Virus record (IMG/VR): IMGVR_UViG_3300011443_000201
Coordinates: 1 to 25,005 of that record
DNA: 25,005 nt
Direction: 5' to 3' (one strand)
Source: a virus
Lineage: Duplodnaviria > Caudoviricetes
In this document: in pieces, positions 14,590 to 23,458 of the stretch
Position numbering within the stretch: position 1 is the stretch's first letter
Layout: each line of letters opens with the position of its first letter
Notes under the pieces: model-generated
Databases searched by the model: none
The model's input: only the letters and a program-made list of their open reading frames with translations
Told to the model about the DNA's origin: nothing
Position numbers and translations under genes: made by a program

Positions 14590-17525
14590 CGATTTACGTT
14601 TTAGTATATAAAATTATCACTACTTATTCCGGTTCCTACCCGGGAGACGGTGGGGGTAGTCCTTTTACTCTAACGGCTGATAACTTCCTACACGTTAAGT
14701 TAGACGATGTTGCCAATACGCTTTCATTAGAATATAGTTCGGCTTCAACTCCGGGCGCGGGAACGATTTACAGCACCTCACTATACGATGGACCGCCTAA
14801 CCTTTACTTTGGGTATGGTGGGTTCGCTGAGTTGTTAACTACTTTCCCTTACTATCAATACTGCGAGGGGACTACGTTACATAAAGTAGGCACGTCGAAC
14901 GGGTTCCCTTATGGGACGCTTTCAACTAACTTAAATAACTCTGAATGTATCCTTGCGCCAGTGTGCGACCTTGAGATTTCAAGCTCTTACACGGTAACTC
15001 CGGCAACAGGACCAAGCAACGCAGACGGAGAAATAACTATTAGCGCCACGTCTTCAAACGGCGTAATTAAATACTCATTTAATCCTTCGTTTGTTTACGC
15101 TACAGACGGACAGACTTCACCGACGTTTACCGGATTATTGCCAGCCTTCTATACGATATACGCGAAAGACGAGGTAGGATGTCAGGATAACATCACGTTT
15201 GAGATAACTATAACCGAGGTTTACGGCGTACGTCACCGATTAGATTTAACCGACACTCACATTTTAAGCGGGAAGGCGATTAGATTCGATATAGAGGAAC
15301 GGTCTTATGTAGGCGCGATTGAAGAAATGTGTGGAGAGGGCCGAAGCCCTATTGTAGTTTCTTATGACGGTGACAGGGATGACGCCTCAAGGGACTTTTT
15401 ACCGTCTCAATCGGTTCTTACAATCTTAGTAGAGACAGAAGGACAGTACGTACACCTATTCGGGCAGGATGACCGCAAACATATCGGCAAACTTTACTTA
15501 GGGGACGACTTTGACAACCTGGAATTATATCATGTTGGGTATTTAGTCCCTGAGTTTCGCAAGGAGCCTTACTTATTCACTCCTTATGGAGTTTCGGTGA
15601 CGTTCTCCGATCAGTTAGGAGAGTTAAAGAACAAAGATTTCAGAGATTACTATGGGAATCTTATCAAGGGTGATATTTCGATGATAAAAATCATTGCTGA
15701 GATTCTTAAAAAGACAAATCTAAATCTAAATATACGTTGCGGAGTGAACGTGTTTGAAGAAAACATGGACCAGGCAGCTACCGACGACCCGTTGGCACAG
15801 TCTTATATTGATACCCGCATATTCAGAGCCGCTAAAGACGTTCCTTTGAAGTGTGATTACGTTCTTTCGGAGTTAATGAAACCGTTTCGGGCGCAGTTCT
15901 TTTAATCACAGGGCGTTTGGTGGATTATTCGATTAAGCGATGCGGTTGGTACGTTCGCATACAGGGAGTTTGACACCGCCGGAGACTATGTTTCTAATTC
16001 AACATTCAATCCGGTTATAGATTTAGGCACTCCAACAGAGATACGGGCCGGATCCGGGGCGATGTTTATCAATAAAAGTCAGCTTCTACAGTACGTCAGG
16101 AACTACGGATATTTTTCTATTACCAATGATCTTAAAAAGGACGGTAATTTAATCGACGAAGGTAGGTTTGAATCCGAGGACGTCCAGATTTTAGGGTCAG
16201 GTAATGAAACTTTCAACCGTTGGGCGGTTCTTTTAGGGCAGGCAGGGGTGACGTTCGGTCATGAGACTGTAGTCAATGGGGACAGTACTGGCGCGTTCTT
16301 CTTTGACTTCGAACCGGTAGTTAACAACCAGGCCGATACTCAGGTTTACTCCGATCAAATAGCTATAACCAACGGACAAGGCGGGCAAATCAGACTAAAG
16401 TTCCAGTATTTTCTTACCGCTAGATACTCAGTGCCATACATCCGTATCGCATGGGTGTTAAAGTTTCACCGTATCTCGGATGATGCAATGCTGTATTTAA
16501 CCACACTATCAAACGGGTCAATCGGGTACGTGGATACAGAACAAAAGAATGAAATCTATGTGTCGTCTTTTAACACATGGCTGACATTTGACATTCTTCA
16601 GACCATGCCTACCGACGCGGTGGATTACGCAGTAATAGAATTTTACTTTCACAATCACTACGGGAGGGATTTTGCAGACAGGGCAGCTTTAAAAGCATTC
16701 TCAGTGACTACGCTGGCAAATCCTGAAGGGGTGAAACGGATGATTGTCGATGACGACACGTTAAAGACAGCTATTTATACCTCTGAATATTCTTTCGATA
16801 CTGAGTTATTTCCAGATATAGTAGTGCCTGATGACTATGATGGGGTTACTAATCCGGTAATATGGAGACTTGACAAGATTATTAATTTAGGTGGTGGGGT
16901 TGGTCTTTTGTCACGACTTAAACTAGACAACGTAGTACTCGCATTTTATCCAAATGTGTTTCTACCAACGACTCATATTATTGATCCCCCTGAGACATTA
17001 CTATACGAAGAAAATGTGTCTGATTTTGTAGAGCCTGAATTGAACATTGAAGCGCTGATAGGGGATATGATACGCTTCGATGAAGAGTTCACCAGGAACG
17101 AAGCTAATCTATACCGATCTTATATCAGACTTTCAGACGGCACACCGACACAATTTTGGGCGCGCAATGGAGTTGATGAGGCTAAGCGGATTTTACAAAT
17201 CGCATTAGAGGACTACGTTTCACAATTCAGTGAGCCACAACGTAAACTATCAGGGGCAAAGATCACTAACACAGTTTTACATTTTGTGAATTGCCTTAAT
17301 GATACAATCGACGGGACACGATACAGACCGATGACGTTTACGTTTGACGCGTTGAACGCAATTTATACACCTGATATTGTTGGAGTACTCGCTGGCGCTG
17401 ACGGAGAGCCTCCGTATAATCCGGGGCAGTTTGATTGCAGGGCGTTTAGCTCTGCCTTCAGGAGAGGAACGTGTTTAGTAGAAGACGGAATATTTGATTT
17501 CACATTTGGACCAGAATTTGAATAA
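14586..17525 (+). pseudogene. Large tail-tip/hub protein (about 979 aa) interrupted by a single in-frame TAA at 15903-15905
   Basis: ORFs 14586..15905 and 16062..17525 share a frame, and the 52 intervening codons are open (FRAQFF*SQGVWWIIRLSD...GSGAMFINK). It directly follows the TMP. Could be a nonsense mutation, a sequencing error or readthrough. Confidence 0.75.
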
Positions 17526-17884
17526 TGGCAACAGCAATAAAAAGAGGTGAGAATGTAATTGTAACCTTACCACTGTACGCAATAGATGGTACTACTCCTG
17601 TAGTCGTGGATGATTTACAGGGATGTACGGCGAAAATAATACAGTACGGGAGGACTTTGGCAACTTATGTTTATCTTCCTACGCCTGCCACAGTACAGGA
17701 AGAAATAAGGGTAGGGGCTTCAACACATCACTTGGAAATAGAAATAACAGAGGAACTAAGCGAAACCTTCAGAGAGGGTGCAGTTTATTGTAAATTGGAC
17801 TTGAGAAAGACAGATGCTGAGTTTGATGTGGATGTAGAGCTAAGAGATATTGATGAAATTAATATTTTGACAGTTGCAAATTGA
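17525..17884 (+). CDS. Putative tail/baseplate Ig-like (BppU-N-like) protein
   Basis: IKRGE...TL.L...DGT.PV..DL..., I.ITEE.SE.F..G..Y pattern. TAATG coupling. Confidence 0.6.
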   Translation: MATAIKRGENVIVTLPLYAIDGTTPVVVDDLQGCTAKIIQYGRTLATYVYLPTPATVQEEIRVGASTHHLEIEITEELSETFREGAVYCKLDLRKTDAEFDVDVELRDIDEINILTVAN

Positions 17885-18062
17885 AATAGACATATCGGTA
17901 ACACGGAAAACATTTCAGGCTGACAACACAGTCTCACGGAATGAATTTGAGTCCGATAATCTCGTTTCTAGAAATGAATTTGATGGAGATGTAGTAACAC
18001 AGTTTCCGGGGGCTTCACAACAGGGGATATTTGATGACACATTTAGCATAGAATTTGAATAA
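17874..18062 (+). CDS. 62-aa tail-associated protein with 11-aa repeats and GIFDDTF C-terminus
   Basis: TTG start overlapping the upstream gene, TAATG coupling downstream, and a C-terminal motif shared with the tail-tip protein. Confidence 0.7.
   Translation: MQIEIDISVTRKTFQADNTVSRNEFESDNLVSRNEFDGDVVTQFPGASQQGIFDDTFSIEFE
17889..17987 (+). repeat. Three tandem 33-nt/11-aa coding repeats
   Basis: DISVTRKTFQA / DNTVSRNEFES / DNLVSRNEFDG. Confidence 0.75.
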
Positions 18063-18556
18063 TGGCTGAACTAAGCAAATCGGACTACGAGAATAAATAT
18101 AACAACGGCACTACCGGGCTGTTTAAAGACAATATAACCGAAGATATTGAAGCCGTTGACGTACGGGCAGAGGTTGAAGATACCGCCGATTCTTTTGTTA
18201 ACCGTCTGGATGAGATGGCTTTATTTAGCGTGGACACTACTGGGGCAACTATAACGCTAACATTCGGAAATGGTGTACTTGCTTATCAAAGACGATTTAG
18301 AGGGTCGGCTTCGTTCTCTACACCTAAAACTATCGCTTTAGCTTTTAACACTAACGCTAACCATTTTACTTTTATCTTTGAAATAACAGATGTAGCGGCT
18401 ACGTTGACCTTTCCGTCTGGATTTTTATCAAATGATGCATTCTCAAGATGGTCATCATTGGTTTTCACTTCACTGGAAACAGGTATATTTAAAGTAACAG
18501 GTGATCTTTATGGATCATCTTGGATTTTAGAATTCTCAACATTACCAGCAGTATGA
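18062..18556 (+). CDS. Putative tail fibre/adaptor protein
   Basis: Helical N-terminus (FKDN..EDIEA.DVR....D.ADS..N) plus a small beta-sandwich ending ATLTFPS. Confidence 0.65.
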   Translation: MAELSKSDYENKYNNGTTGLFKDNITEDIEAVDVRAEVEDTADSFVNRLDEMALFSVDTTGATITLTFGNGVLAYQRRFRGSASFSTPKTIALAFNTNANHFTFIFEITDVAATLTFPSGFLSNDAFSRWSSLVFTSLETGIFKVTGDLYGSSWILEFSTLPAV

Positions 18557-21500
18557 AAAAAATACTTTTTCTATTACTATTCATTTCAAGTTTGGCTACG
18601 GCACAAACACGGGTTGGCACAGCGTCAGGAACGAACGACTACACCGTTGCTTTCAATCCTCCATTGACGTCGTTTAACGCCTTCGCTATTTATTCGGTGA
18701 CCTTCACAAACGGCAATACTTCACCGGCTGTGACTTTAGATCCTGATGGGGTAGTTGACACAACAGCGATAACCGACAACGCCGGAAATACACTGGTTAT
18801 AGGCGCTATAAAGTCAGGGGGTACGTACAATTTACGGTGGGACGGTACTACTTTAAGAATGACTGAATGGGTGAACCCTCCTTCAAAGAACATCACATGG
18901 ATAGTTAAATCGGCTAACTATACACCTGTTCCGGCAGATACTCTTTTTACGGAAGTAGGGTTTTTGATGCGATCAGTAAACGCTATTTCTTTCACTATTC
19001 CACCATCGTCTGCGGTTGATTTTAATGATGGGACAAAGTTTAAGATCAAAAACGACAGTACAGGGACACTCTCACTTTTAGAGGGGGCTGGGGTTTCATT
19101 TAAATGTCAGACAGCAGGACCGTGGACATTAGCAGAAGACGAATATGCTGTGGTATCAAAACTTAACTCGTCAAACATTTGGGAACTTACATTATTTAAG
19201 CGGGTTAATCTCTCCACACAAACCACAATCCCGGTCTATACCGAAACAACAACTGTAGGAAACATAACAACCGGAGAAGACATACTTTTTACTGATACAA
19301 TAACAGCTAACACGCTAAGCACTAACGGAAACGTGATTGCAGGAAGGTTTTCAGGAATAATTGCTCTGAACGGAAATGATAAAACAGTAAGGTTAAAATT
19401 TGGAGCGACCACCATTGCAACCAGATTGGCTTTCGATAGCCCTACACTGGGGCAGGGTTGGATTTTGGACTATCAGATTATAAGAACAAGTGCCACAACC
19501 CAGAAAACAAACGCAGTATTTACATTTGACGGGATACCTAGTGCGTATTACGCGGCAGCCGGAGAAGACATGGCCACGGATATAGTCATACAATTAACTG
19601 GTGAGTCTACATCTACAGACGACATAGTTAAGCACACAGCCTCAAGTACGTTCGGACCAGGGGCAAGTAGCGGCACACCGCCTCCTATCGAGCCTCCGGT
19701 TATTCCTTCTGTAGCCATAGACAACGCAGTAAGAGGGACGCAAGGGTATCAGTGGGATTATCAAAGCACATGGGCGACACCCGGAACAGGGGTTGCAGGG
19801 TGGTATAATGGGACGTTGGATTATACCGGAACAACTAACGCATATGCTGAATTTACTTTCAACGGCACACGGGTGCAGTTTTACACCGAAAAGAAAAGCA
19901 CCCACGGAATAGCGGAAATATCTTTAGATGGGGTGGTAGTTGACACTGTTGATCTTTATTTGGCCAGCCCTGCCGAAGGGCAGCAACAGGTACTAGTATT
20001 TGATTCAGGGGACGCCGACGACCCGGATAATGAAGAAGACTTAACGCAGGACGTGCACACGTTTAAAATCCGGGCTACCGGAACAAAGAATGCGAGTTCG
20101 TCCGCGTATTACGTTTTAGTGGATTATATCAAAGTCGAAAACCCTGAAGAAGTTCCCGACGAAGAGTTACCAGTTCCACCGGCCACAGCGAACAATTTTG
20201 TAGCCCTGACCGGAAGTGATGGCGGGGGTAACAATTGCAACACAGCCGGCACACCGTGTCGCACAATAGTATACGCATTGACTCAAATGACTTCGGGGGA
20301 TGTTCTCTCGGTTGGTCCTGGGACATTCGTGGAAACCGCTTATATCGCACCAGATAACGGGGAAACAATAATAGGATCAGGGATTGATGTGACCATAGTA
20401 CAGGTTACCTCAGGGCTTAACTGGAATGTGGACTGTGGGGCCATCAATGCTACAAAATGCATTTTTCAGTACAACTCCGCAGGATCGACGGCGGCGTCTT
20501 TGACTGATATGACTATCGAAGGTAATGGTAAACTAGTCCACGGGGGTATTTACATCGCCACCAGGCAGAACGTAACGATCGAGGATGTGAAGATTTCAAA
20601 CATGGATTACTTTGGGGCGTATGTGGCGACTACTAACACAACATTCCATAACGTACAAATTATCAACAGCGCCGAAGCGGCTTCGTGCTTCTCTACTGGA
20701 AATATCACCGTAGGTGGACTCACTAACTTTCTATGCGATAACGTAGACATCAGTGATAACTCAGGTGGGTACGGGGTTAAATCGTTCGGCCAGGTAACAA
20801 TCGACAACATGGATTACATCAACGGTGAAATCCGGGTGTTGGCAAACTCACCTTATGGCGGTGGTGGGATTCCAAACATCGCTTTTGAGTTTGAAAGTTC
20901 CGTACCTCATAACTGTTCTATCCAAAACACATACATGGATAACGCTATTTCGATTGTACGCAGAACTTCCCCAGCCACGGCGGATGATGGTATCCCTTCG
21001 ATGCTTGTGACTAATTGTACACTAGACATGATCACAAAAGGCGGCGGTAACTCCATCAATGCGCCTCTTGAATTTACAGTTCATAACGGAGAGATAAGTT
21101 ATAACCATATTGTCGGGGGTCGTTATGCTTACATAGTTGGATGGAATCCGGGTGAAACCCTTCAGCAAAAGAATTTACAAGTACATCACAATTCTTTTTA
21201 CTTGGTTGGGCACGTTAACTCCCCGACAGGAATAGTACGATCAAGCTATAATGGTTGGAACGGGCTGTTTATTTACAACAATACGATTCACATTCCTCCG
21301 ACAATGAACTACAACGTGGCGATAGTGTACAACGGGGCCGGGGGGGTGACGTATAACAGCACTAACGTGCAGGTTAAAAACAATGTGATTTACGACCAAT
21401 CTACAAGTGACGCTGGGTTAGGCGGAGCAAGTGCAATAGTTAGAATGGAAGGAAGTGGAGGAAGTTTTACCTCATGTGGGTTGGCTTATAACACAATTAA

Positions 21501-21711
21501 CGGAATGTCATCAACGGTTCCGAGTGGGTGGACGTCATCAAACAACTTAACGACAAGCCCAGCATTTCAAGGGGGCGGTGGAGTTAACCCTTCGCCGTTC
21601 GTGTTTGATCCCTTCTACAGACCGGCTGTGGGTAGTCCGGTATTAAATTCAGGGACAGATTTAGGGCTGGGCGACGGGGCAACGCCGGACCGCGGGAGAA
21701 TTCAAGATTGA
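18553..21711 (+). CDS. 1052-aa modular protein: signal peptide, tail-fibre-like domains, CBM-like domain and right-handed beta-helix (pectin-lyase fold; putative depolymerase/tailspike)
   Basis: ATG 18553 (ATGA overlap) gives MKKILFLLLFISSLATA|Q. YAEFTFNGTRVQFY....HGIAEISLDG..VDTVDLY is CBM-like. FVALTGSD....TPCRTI.YA....GDV..V.PGTF opens an Asn-rich beta-helix. Ends in a capping motif FYRP..GSP.LNSG.....PDRG. Confidence 0.8.
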   Translation: MKKILFLLLFISSLATAQTRVGTASGTNDYTVAFNPPLTSFNAFAIYSVTFTNGNTSPAVTLDPDGVVDTTAITDNAGNTLVIGAIKSGGTYNLRWDGTTLRMTEWVNPPSKNITWIVKSANYTPVPADTLFTEVGFLMRSVNAISFTIPPSSAVDFNDGTKFKIKNDSTGTLSLLEGAGVSFKCQTAGPWTLAEDEYAVVSKLNSSNIWELTLFKRVNLSTQTTIPVYTETTTVGNITTGEDILFTDTITANTLSTNGNVIAGRFSGIIALNGNDKTVRLKFGATTIATRLAFDSPTLGQGWILDYQIIRTSATTQKTNAVFTFDGIPSAYYAAAGEDMATDIVIQLTGESTSTDDIVKHTASSTFGPGASSGTPPPIEPPVIPSVAIDNAVRGTQGYQWDYQSTWATPGTGVAGWYNGTLDYTGTTNAYAEFTFNGTRVQFYTEKKSTHGIAEISLDGVVVDTVDLYLASPAEGQQQVLVFDSGDADDPDNEEDLTQDVHTFKIRATGTKNASSSAYYVLVDYIKVENPEEVPDEELPVPPATANNFVALTGSDGGGNNCNTAGTPCRTIVYALTQMTSGDVLSVGPGTFVETAYIAPDNGETIIGSGIDVTIVQVTSGLNWNVDCGAINATKCIFQYNSAGSTAASLTDMTIEGNGKLVHGGIYIATRQNVTIEDVKISNMDYFGAYVATTNTTFHNVQIINSAEAASCFSTGNITVGGLTNFLCDNVDISDNSGGYGVKSFGQVTIDNMDYINGEIRVLANSPYGGGGIPNIAFEFESSVPHNCSIQNTYMDNAISIVRRTSPATADDGIPSMLVTNCTLDMITKGGGNSINAPLEFTVHNGEISYNHIVGGRYAYIVGWNPGETLQQKNLQVHHNSFYLVGHVNSPTGIVRSSYNGWNGLFIYNNTIHIPPTMNYNVAIVYNGAGGVTYNSTNVQVKNNVIYDQSTSDAGLGGASAIVRMEGSGGSFTSCGLAYNTINGMSSTVPSGWTSSNNLTTSPAFQGGGGVNPSPFVFDPFYRPAVGSPVLNSGTDLGLGDGATPDRGRIQD

Positions 21712-21726
21712 TAAGACTTAAAGACT

Positions 21727-22827
21727 ATGGCACAGAAAACAGACGCAGAGTTAACCACCGAAGCCAACGTAATAGGCGACGAAACAACCCCACTAGCTAA
21801 CACGGCAGATAGGGTAAGGGATTATTTGGTTAATGCTATTGATAGTAAAGTAAATAATTCAGTTTTACGCCTTACCAGAACGGTAACTACTGCCGATGCT
21901 ATAACTCAAGCGGACGATAACGCACTGATAATTTTTAATTCTGGGTCACCTATTGATTTTACTCTTGATCAACTCACGGCAGACACTAAAGCATCTTTTA
22001 TAAACAAAGGAGCAGGAATAGTTACTTTTATTGCTGGCTCTGGGGTTACGATAACAGGAGACACCACTCTATCAGCAGCGGCAGATCCATCCTACCCAAC
22101 GGCTATAGTTTTTTATCAGACATTAACTACACCTCTTTTAGTCACTGGATCCGGTGGAGGTGGAGGTGGCGGAAGTGGAGATGTTACCAAAGTAGGAACG
22201 CCGGTAAATAATCAGGTGGGGGTATGGACGGGAGATGGGACAATAGAGGGGGATGCTGCTTTAACATTCGATACATCAACGGATAAATTATCAACAGCAG
22301 CACTGAATCTTTCGGGGTTGACTGCGAGTCTATTTGTTAAAACCGACGCATCAAAAAACCTTGAGACTGTAGCGGCAGCCACTCAGGCGGTGATGATTAC
22401 GGGGACAAATAACACCGACCCTGCAACCTCTTTAAGTGTTGAGTCTAAACGGTCTATTTTATTAACCTCATTCACCAATAATGCCACTGGTTCAAGCACG
22501 ATAGATTGTGGTTCAAAGCAAGAGGTTACTGTACTCTATACAGTTACAGTGACAGGTGCAATAACCATCGCGGTCAGCAATGCCACAAACCTGGAGATTC
22601 TTCATGTTATCATTCCGATTACAGGATCAAACATTGGTATAACTACTCCATCAACAACCAGAATGAGCCGATACAGCGAGGTAGCGAGTGGGGATGGTTG
22701 GTATCAGTCTACAAAGATACTACAAGTTTCCTCCGTAGGAACGGCAGATTTGCACGAACTGTCATTTAAGAGAGGCAGCACTGGACCTATATTTATTTTA
22801 CATTACGATGGACCTGTACGCGCATGA
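21727..22827 (+). CDS. Putative tail fibre protein
   Basis: N-terminus L..EA..I.DET...ANTA.RV, small beta domain (FINKGAG.VTF.AGSGVTI), GSG7S linker, GDVTKVGTPVNNQVGVWTGDG module, C-terminal beta-sandwich. Confidence 0.72.
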   Translation: MAQKTDAELTTEANVIGDETTPLANTADRVRDYLVNAIDSKVNNSVLRLTRTVTTADAITQADDNALIIFNSGSPIDFTLDQLTADTKASFINKGAGIVTFIAGSGVTITGDTTLSAAADPSYPTAIVFYQTLTTPLLVTGSGGGGGGGSGDVTKVGTPVNNQVGVWTGDGTIEGDAALTFDTSTDKLSTAALNLSGLTASLFVKTDASKNLETVAAATQAVMITGTNNTDPATSLSVESKRSILLTSFTNNATGSSTIDCGSKQEVTVLYTVTVTGAITIAVSNATNLEILHVIIPITGSNIGITTPSTTRMSRYSEVASGDGWYQSTKILQVSSVGTADLHELSFKRGSTGPIFILHYDGPVRA

Positions 22828-23453
22828 GCTTAGTAACACACAGTTTAATAAAATTCAAAGAACCGCCAGCATTAATCCGGGGTGATATAACTGCATTTAG
22901 TAAAACGACGCCTTGGAATCTGACACTTGGGGCAACTCCTACAGAGGGCGCATTGATGATGGTAGTCATGGGCTCGGATCAGGACAGAGACTATACAATC
23001 TCAGGATGGAGTCATGTGAATTACGGCGGTCTTAGTGGAAATATGCATGTGTTTGCCAAAATAGCGGGAGCGGGTGAGTCTACCACGGTGAATATCGGAT
23101 GGACGACAGGGGGAAACGGAGACGGAACGGCAATGTATTATGAAATATCCGGGTCCAGGTCCGACGACCCGATACACACCGTTGTGCCAGTGTCCAGCGC
23201 TTCAGCGACTACCCATCAATACGGCTCGCATATGGTCCCGGCAGGTGTGTTTGAAATCCAATTGAATCATAAAGGAATAGGTCTGCAAACATGGGCTATT
23301 AACGACGGGTATACTATTTACACCGCTACATCAACACGCACAAACTCAGCTTTTAAAAGATACGGATTTGGTGGGGTAGCAGTGAATCCAACATGGACCT
23401 ACAATACAGCGGCGGTAGCGGCAATGATCTACATACATGTATTTGGACATTAA
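22824..23453 (+). CDS. Putative tail-associated beta-sandwich protein
   Basis: PTEGALMMVV, SGW, VFAKIAGAGES..V.I.W, YEISG pattern. ATGA overlap. Confidence 0.6.
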   Translation: MSLVTHSLIKFKEPPALIRGDITAFSKTTPWNLTLGATPTEGALMMVVMGSDQDRDYTISGWSHVNYGGLSGNMHVFAKIAGAGESTTVNIGWTTGGNGDGTAMYYEISGSRSDDPIHTVVPVSSASATTHQYGSHMVPAGVFEIQLNHKGIGLQTWAINDGYTIYTATSTRTNSAFKRYGFGGVAVNPTWTYNTAAVAAMIYIHVFGH

Positions 23454-23458
23454 ATAAT

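Larger units (their letters stand above)
17487..18066 (+). repeat. Imperfect 43-nt direct repeat (17487-17529 and 18024-18066) encoding C-terminal GIFDxTFxxEFE plus the TAATGGC junction
   Basis: GGAATATTTGATTTCACATTTGGACCAGAATTTGAATAATGGC versus GGGATATTTGATGACACATTTAGCATAGAATTTGAATAATGGC. Confidence 0.85.

Noticed and set aside
15903-15905. Alternative genetic code (TAA = Gln)
   Set aside because: TAA, TAG and TGA all terminate other genes at expected positions, often overlapping the next start.
18520-18552. TTG start at 18520 (and ATG 23393 for the LamG protein)
   Set aside because: The downstream ATGs at 18553 and 23459 give normal coupling or spacing and sensible N-termini.
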